Of a DNA stretch of 64,000 nucleotides, positions 56,899 to 64,000 are shown one piece after another. Under the pieces are notes generated by a model. The model was not told the DNA's origin. It did no database searches and saw only the letters and a list, made by a program, of their open reading frames with translations. This DNA comes from Escherichia coli (lineage in GTDB: Bacteria > Pseudomonadota > Gammaproteobacteria > Enterobacterales > Enterobacteriaceae). Numbering within the stretch: the stretch's first letter is position 1; the number at the start of each line of letters is the position of its first letter. The DNA lies in the NCBI RefSeq assembly GCF_003018255.1, contig NZ_CP027440.1, one strand, 5' to 3'. Both the position numbers and the translations under genes were made by a program.

Positions 56899-59715
56899 AT
56901 GAGTGACTATAAATCAACCCTGAATTTGCCGGAAACAGGGTTCCCGATGCGTGGCGATCTCGCCAAGCGCGAACCGGGAATGCTGGCGCGTTGGACTGAT
57001 GATGATCTGTACGGCATCATTCGTGCAGCTAAAAAAGGCAAAAAAACCTTCATTCTGCATGATGGCCCTCCTTATGCGAATGGCAGTATTCATATTGGTC
57101 ACTCGGTTAACAAGATTCTGAAAGACATTATCATTAAGTCCAAAGGGCTTTCTGGATATGACTCGCCGTATGTGCCTGGCTGGGACTGTCATGGTCTGCC
57201 AATCGAGCTGAAAGTAGAGCAAGAATACGGTAAGCCGGGGGAGAAATTCACCGCCGCTGAGTTCCGCGCCAAGTGCCGCGAATACGCTGCGACCCAGGTT
57301 GACGGTCAGCGCAAAGACTTTATCCGTCTGGGCGTGCTGGGCGACTGGTCGCACCCGTACCTGACCATGGACTTCAAAACTGAAGCCAACATCATCCGCG
57401 CGCTGGGCAAAATCATCGGCAACGGTCACCTGCACAAAGGCGCGAAGCCGGTGCACTGGTGCGTTGACTGCCGTTCTGCACTGGCAGAAGCGGAAGTTGA
57501 GTATTACGACAAAACTTCTCCGTCCATCGACGTCGCTTTCCAGGCGGTCGATCAGGATGCGCTTAAAACGAAATTTGGCGTAAGCAATGTTAACGGCCCA
57601 ATTTCGCTGGTTATATGGACCACCACGCCGTGGACGCTGCCTGCTAACCGCGCAATCTCCATCGCACCTGATTTTGATTATGCGCTGGTGCAAATCGACG
57701 GTCAGGCCGTGATCCTCGCGAAAGATCTGGTTGAAAGCGTAATGCAGCGTATCGGCGTTAGCGATTACACCATTCTTGGCACGGTGAAAGGTGCCGAGCT
57801 GGAACTGTTGCGCTTTACCCATCCGTTTATGGACTTCGATGTTCCGGCAATTCTCGGCGACCACGTTACGCTGGATGCCGGTACCGGTGCCGTTCATACC
57901 GCGCCAGGCCACGGTCCGGACGACTATGTGATCGGTCAAAAATATGGTCTGGAAACCGCTAACCCGGTTGGCCCGGACGGCACTTATCTGCCGGGTACTT
58001 ACCCGACTCTGGATGGCGTTAACGTCTTCAAAGCGAACGATATTGTCATTGCGTTGTTGCAGGAAAAAGGCGCACTGTTGCACGTTGAGAAAATGCAACA
58101 CAGCTATCCGTGCTGCTGGCGTCATAAAACGCCGATCATCTTCCGCGCGACGCCGCAGTGGTTCGTCAGCATGGATCAGAAAGGTCTGCGTGCGCAGTCA
58201 CTGAAAGAGATCAAAGGCGTGCAGTGGATCCCTGACTGGGGCCAGGCGCGTATCGAGTCGATGGTTGCTAACCGTCCTGACTGGTGTATCTCTCGTCAGC
58301 GTACCTGGGGCGTGCCGATGTCACTGTTCGTGCACAAAGACACAGAAGAACTGCATCCGCGTACTCTCGAACTGATGGAAGAAGTGGCAAAACGCGTTGA
58401 AGTTGACGGCATTCAGGCGTGGTGGGATCTCGATGCGAAAGAGATCCTCGGCGACGAAGCTGACCAGTATGTGAAAGTACCGGATACGCTGGATGTATGG
58501 TTTGACTCCGGATCTACCCACTCTTCCGTTGTTGATGTGCGTCCGGAATTTGCCGGTCACGCAGCGGACATGTATCTGGAAGGTTCTGACCAACACCGTG
58601 GCTGGTTCATGTCTTCCCTGATGATCTCTACCGCGATGAAGGGCAAAGCGCCATATCGTCAGGTACTGACTCACGGCTTTACCGTGGATGGTCAGGGGCG
58701 CAAGATGTCTAAATCCATCGGTAACACCGTTTCGCCGCAGGATGTGATGAACAAACTGGGTGCGGATATTCTGCGTCTGTGGGTGGCATCAACCGACTAC
58801 ACTGGCGAAATGGCCGTTTCTGACGAGATCCTGAAACGTGCTGCCGACAGCTATCGTCGTATCCGTAACACCGCGCGCTTCCTGCTGGCAAACCTGAACG
58901 GTTTTGATCCGGCAAAAGATATGGTGAAACCGGAAGAGATGGTGGTACTGGATCGCTGGGCCGTAGGTTGTGCGAAAGCGGCACAGGAAGACATCCTCAA
59001 AGCGTACGAAGCATACGATTTCCACGAAGTGGTACAGCGTCTGATGCGCTTCTGCTCCGTTGAGATGGGGTCCTTCTACCTCGACATCATCAAAGACCGT
59101 CAGTATACCGCCAAAGCGGACAGCGTGGCGCGTCGTAGCTGCCAGACTGCGCTGTATCACATCGCAGAAGCGCTGGTTCGCTGGATGGCACCAATCCTCT
59201 CCTTCACCGCTGATGAAGTGTGGGGTTACCTGCCGGGCGAACGTGAAAAATACGTCTTCACCGGTGAGTGGTACGAAGGCCTGTTTGGTCTGGCAGACAG
59301 TGAAGCAATGAACGATGCGTTCTGGGACGAGCTGTTGAAAGTGCGTGGCGAAGTGAACAAAGTCATTGAGCAAGCGCGTGCCGATAAGAAAGTGGGCGGC
59401 TCGCTGGAAGCGGCAGTAACCTTGTATGCAGAACCGGAACTGGCGGCGAAACTGACCGCGCTGGGCGATGAATTACGATTTGTCCTGTTGACCTCCGGCG
59501 CTACCGTTGCAGACTATAACGACGCACCTGCTGACGCCCAGCAGAGCGAAGTCCTCAAAGGGCTGAAAGTCGCGTTGAGTAAAGCCGAAGGTGAGAAGTG
59601 CCCACGCTGCTGGCACTACACCCAGGATGTCGGCAAGGTGGCGGAACACGCAGAAATCTGCGGCCGCTGTGTCAGCAACGTCGCCGGTGACGGTGAAAAA
59701 CGTAAGTTTGCCTGA
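56899..59715 (+). CDS. ileS: Isoleucine--tRNA ligase
   Basis: 938-aa ORF; class I HIGH ([11 protein letters not shown]) and KMSKS motifs; C-terminal zinc-binding Cys cluster. Confidence 0.97.
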
Positions 59716-60209
59716 TGAGTCAATCGATCTGTTCAACAGGGCTACGCTGGCTGTGGCTGGTGGTAGTCGTGCTGATTATCGATCTGGGCAGCAAATACCT
59801 GATCCTCCAGAACTTTGCTCTGGGGGATACGGTCCCGCTGTTCCCGTCGCTTAATCTGCATTATGCGCGTAACTATGGCGCGGCGTTTAGTTTCCTTGCC
59901 GATAGTGGCGGCTGGCAGCGTTGGTTTTTTGCCGGTATTGCGATTGGTATTAGCGTGATCCTGGCAGTGATGATGTATCGCTCGAAGGCCACGCAGAAGC
60001 TAAACAATATCGCTTACGCGCTGATTATTGGCGGCGCGCTGGGCAACCTGTTCGACCGCCTGTGGCACGGCTTCGTTGTCGATATGATCGACTTCTATGT
60101 CGGCGACTGGCACTTCGCCACCTTCAACCTTGCCGATACTGCCATTTGTGTCGGTGCGGCACTGATTGTGCTGGAAGGTTTTTTACCTTCTAAAGCGAAA
60201 AAACAATAA
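59715..60209 (+). CDS. lspA: Lipoprotein signal peptidase (signal peptidase II)
   Basis: 164-aa membrane ORF; its ATG overlaps the ileS TGA by one nucleotide. Confidence 0.93.
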
Positions 60210-60215
60210 TAAACC

Positions 60216-60286
60216 CTGCCGGATGCGATGCTGACGCATCTTATCCGGCCTACAGATTGCTGCGAAATCGTAGGCCGCATCCGGCA
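60216..60286. repeat. REP elements between lspA and fkpB
   Basis: gccggatgcgatgctgacgcatcttatccggcctaca followed by taggccgcatccggca. Confidence 0.55.
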
Positions 60287-60316
60287 AAAATCCTCAAAAT
60301 ATAAGAGCAAACCTGC

Positions 60317-60766
60317 ATGTCTGAATCTGTACAGAGCAATAGCGCCGTCCTGGTGCACTTCACGCTGAAACTCGATGATGGCACCACCGCTGAGTCTACC
60401 CGCAACAACGGTAAACCGGCGCTGTTCCGCCTGGGTGATGCTTCTCTTTCTGAAGGGCTGGAGCAACACCTGCTGGGGCTGAAAGTGGGCGATAAAACCA
60501 CCTTCTCGCTGGAGCCTGATGCGGCGTTTGGCGTGCCGTCACCGGACCTGATTCAGTACTTCTCCCGCCGTGAATTTATGGATGCAGGCGAGCCAGAAAT
60601 TGGCGCAATCATGCTTTTTACCGCAATGGATGGCAGTGAGATGCCTGGCGTGATCCGCGAAATTAACGGCGACTCCATTACCGTTGATTTCAACCATCCG
60701 CTGGCCGGGCAGACCGTTCATTTTGATATTGAAGTGCTGGAAATCGATCCGGCACTGGAGGCGTAA
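60317..60766 (+). CDS. fkpB: FKBP-type peptidyl-prolyl cis-trans isomerase FkpB (SlpA)
   Basis: 149-aa ORF, FKBP domain. Confidence 0.9.
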
Positions 60767-60767
60767 C

Positions 60768-61718
60768 ATGCAGATCCTGTTGGCCAACCCGCGTGGTTTT
60801 TGTGCCGGGGTAGACCGCGCTATCAGCATTGTTGAAAACGCGCTGGCCATTTACGGCGCACCGATATATGTCCGTCACGAAGTGGTGCATAACCGCTACG
60901 TGGTCGATAGCTTGCGCGAGCGTGGGGCTATCTTTATTGAGCAGATTAGCGAAGTACCGGACGGCGCGATCCTGATTTTCTCCGCACACGGTGTTTCTCA
61001 GGCAGTACGTAACGAAGCGAAAAGCCGCGATTTGACGGTGTTTGATGCCACCTGTCCGCTGGTGACCAAAGTGCATATGGAAGTCGCCCGCGCCAGCCGT
61101 CGTGGTGAAGAATCTATTCTCATCGGTCACGCCGGGCACCCGGAAGTGGAAGGGACGATGGGCCAGTACAGCAACCCGGAAGGGGGAATGTATCTGGTCG
61201 AATCGCCAGACGATGTGTGGAAACTGACGGTCAAAAACGAAGAGAAGCTCTCCTTTATGACCCAAACCACGCTGTCGGTGGATGACACGTCTGATGTGAT
61301 CGACGCGCTGCGTAAACGCTTCCCGAAAATTGTCGGTCCGCGCAAAGATGACATCTGCTACGCCACGACTAACCGTCAGGAGGCGGTACGCGCCCTGGCA
61401 GAGCAGGCGGAAGTAGTACTGGTGGTTGGTTCGAAAAACTCCTCCAACTCCAACCGTCTGGCGGAACTGGCCCAGCGTATGGGCAAACGCGCATTTTTGA
61501 TTGACGATGCGAAAGATATCCAGGAAGAGTGGGTAAAAGGCGTGAACTGCGTTGGCGTGACTGCGGGCGCATCGGCTCCGGATATTCTGGTGCAGAATGT
61601 GGTGGCACGTTTGCAACAGCTGGGCGGTGGTGAAGCCATTCCGCTGGAAGGTCGTGAAGAAAACATTGTTTTCGAAGTGCCGAAAGAGCTGCGTGTCGAT
61701 ATTCGTGAAGTCGATTAA
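60768..61718 (+). CDS. ispH: 4-hydroxy-3-methylbut-2-enyl diphosphate reductase
   Basis: 316-aa product from [19 protein letters not shown]; track ORF extends upstream across fkpB. Confidence 0.93.
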   Translation: MQILLANPRGFCAGVDRAISIVENALAIYGAPIYVRHEVVHNRYVVDSLRERGAIFIEQISEVPDGAILIFSAHGVSQAVRNEAKSRDLTVFDATCPLVTKVHMEVARASRRGEESILIGHAGHPEVEGTMGQYSNPEGGMYLVESPDDVWKLTVKNEEKLSFMTQTTLSVDDTSDVIDALRKRFPKIVGPRKDDICYATTNRQEAVRALAEQAEVVLVVGSKNSSNSNRLAELAQRMGKRAFLIDDAKDIQEEWVKGVNCVGVTAGASAPDILVQNVVARLQQLGGGEAIPLEGREENIVFEVPKELRVDIREVD

Positions 61719-61745
61719 GTCATTAGCAGCCTAAGTTATGCGAAA

Positions 61746-61774
61746 ATGCCGGTCTTGTTACCGGCATTTTTTAT
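61746..61774 (+). terminator. Rho-independent terminator after ispH
   Basis: atgccggtcttgttaccggcat hairpin followed by tttttt. Confidence 0.75.
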
Positions 61775-61783
61775 GGAGAAAAC

Positions 61784-62698
61784 ATGCGTTTACCTATCTT
61801 CCTCGATACAGACCCCGGCATTGACGATGCCGTTGCCATTGCCGCCGCGATTTTTACCCCCGAACTCGATCTGCAACTGATGACCACTGTCGCGGGTAAT
61901 GTTTCGGTAGAGAAAACGACCCGCAACGCCCTGCAACTGCTGCATTTCTGGAATGCGGAGATTCCGCTTGCCCAGGGCGCTGCCGTACCACTGGTTCGTG
62001 CGCCGCGCGATGCGGCATCTGTACACGGTGAATCGGGAATGGCTGGCTATGACTTTGTTGAACACAACCGTCAGCCACTGGGTATACCGGCGTTTCTGGC
62101 AATTCGTGATGCCCTGATGCGTGCGCCAGAGCCCGTTACCCTGGTGGCCATCGGCCCGTTAACCAATATTGCGCTGTTACTTTCACAATGCCCGGAATGT
62201 AAGCCGTATATTCGCCGTCTGGTGATCATGGGCGGTTCTGCTGGTCGCGGCAACTGCACACCAAACGCCGAGTTTAATATCGCTGCCGATCCAGAAGCGG
62301 CAGCCTGTGTCTTCCGTAGCGGCATCGAAATCGTCATGTGCGGTCTGGATGTCACCAATCAGGCAATATTAACCCCTGACTATCTCGCTACCTTGCCGGA
62401 GTTGAATCGCACCGGAAAAATGCTCCACGCCCTGTTTAGTCACTACCGTAGCGGCAGTATGCAAAGTGGACTGCGAATGCACGATCTCTGCGCCATCGCC
62501 TGGCTGGTGCGCCCGGACCTGTTCACTCTCAAGCCGTGTTTTGTGGCAGTGGAAACGCAGGGCGAATTTACCTCTGGCACGACGGTGGTTGATATCGACG
62601 GTTGCCTGGGCAAACCAGCCAATGTACAGGTGGCATTGGATCTGAATGTAAAAGGCTTCCAGCAGTGGGTAGCTGAGGTGCTGGCTCTGGTGCCGTAA
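61784..62698 (+). CDS. rihC: Non-specific ribonucleoside hydrolase RihC
   Basis: 304-aa ORF with N-terminal DTDPGIDDA nucleoside-hydrolase motif. Confidence 0.9.
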   Translation: MRLPIFLDTDPGIDDAVAIAAAIFTPELDLQLMTTVAGNVSVEKTTRNALQLLHFWNAEIPLAQGAAVPLVRAPRDAASVHGESGMAGYDFVEHNRQPLGIPAFLAIRDALMRAPEPVTLVAIGPLTNIALLLSQCPECKPYIRRLVIMGGSAGRGNCTPNAEFNIAADPEAAACVFRSGIEIVMCGLDVTNQAILTPDYLATLPELNRTGKMLHALFSHYRSGSMQSGLRMHDLCAIAWLVRPDLFTLKPCFVAVETQGEFTSGTTVVDIDGCLGKPANVQVALDLNVKGFQQWVAEVLALVP

Positions 62699-62849
62699 CC
62701 TGTCACATGTTATCGGCATGCAGTCATTCATCGACTCATGCCTTTCACTGATATCCCTCCCTGTTTATCATTAATTTCTAATTATCAGCGTTTTTGGCTG
62801 GCGGCGTAGCGATGCGCTGGTTACTCTGAAAACGGTCTATGCAAATTAA

Positions 62850-63686
<837 letters not shown>

Positions 63687-63740
63687 CCACAAAATATTTA
63701 TAGTGATGCAAAAATAACACATTTAATGCATTGAATATAA

Positions 63741-63772
63741 AGGGCTTTAATTTTTAGCCCTTTTATTTTTGG
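63741..63772 (+). terminator. Putative terminator after dapB
   Basis: aaagggctttaatttttagccctttt hairpin followed by a T-tract. Confidence 0.6.
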
Positions 63773-63779
63773 TGTTATG

Positions 63780-64000
63780 CTTTTAAATTTAATGCAAGTG
63801 CTGAAAATTACATGTTTTGTATTCTGTTTTTGTTGTTTTAATGTAAATTTTGACCATTTGGTCCACTTTTTTCTGCTCATTTTGATTTCATGCAATCTTC
63901 TTGCTGCGCAAGCGTTTTCCAGAACATGTTATATGATCTTTTTGTCGCTTAATGCCTGTAAAACATGCATGAGCCACAAAATAATATAAAAAATCCCGCC
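63780..64000 (+). promoter_or_regulatory. carAB upstream control region (5' part; carA lies beyond the window end)
   Basis: AT-rich tract matching the known carAB P1 region (ttgaccatttggtccacttttttctgctcattttgatttcatgcaatcttcttgctgcgcaagcg...) as I recall it. Confidence 0.5.

Noticed and set aside
56914-58125. 403-aa ORF on the minus strand
   Set aside because: Antisense shadow of ileS; no independent support.
60690-61616. 308-aa ORF on the minus strand
   Set aside because: Antisense shadow of ispH.

Overview
This window reads as a conserved stretch of Escherichia coli core chromosome spanning the conventional K-12 numbering origin, and I do not see a large undescribed multi-gene system in it. 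Gene identities come from recognising the translated ORFs and their order; no database search was run. Gene order: yjjQ (3' part)-bglJ-fhuF-yjjZ-three tRNA-Leu-rsmC-holD-rimI-yjjG-prfC-osmY-ytjA-yjjU-yjjV-yjjW-yjjI-deoCABD-lplA-ytjB-serB-radA-nadR-ettA-slt-trpR-yjjX-gpmB-rob-creABCD-arcA-yjjY-yjtD-thrLABC-yaaX-yaaA-yaaJ-talB-mog-satP-yaaW-yaaI-dnaK-dnaJ-hokC/mokC-nhaA-nhaR-rpsT-yaaY-ribF-ileS-lspA-fkpB-ispH-rihC-dapB, ending in the carAB control region. The strain is not K-12, as I recall that genome: there is no IS186 between dnaJ and hokC, no IS1 between nhaR and rpsT, and no yjjJ between deoD and lplA. The three items most worth a second look are strain-specific: (1) a HigB-2/HigA-2-like toxin-antitoxin pair inserted between nadR and ettA, (2) a +1 frameshift splitting osmY, and (3) a short AT-rich segment with an 87-aa XRE-type HTH ORF where K-12 has yjjJ. 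No CRISPR array, prophage, integrase or transposase was seen. Most antisense ORFs in the six-frame track are shadows of highly expressed genes.
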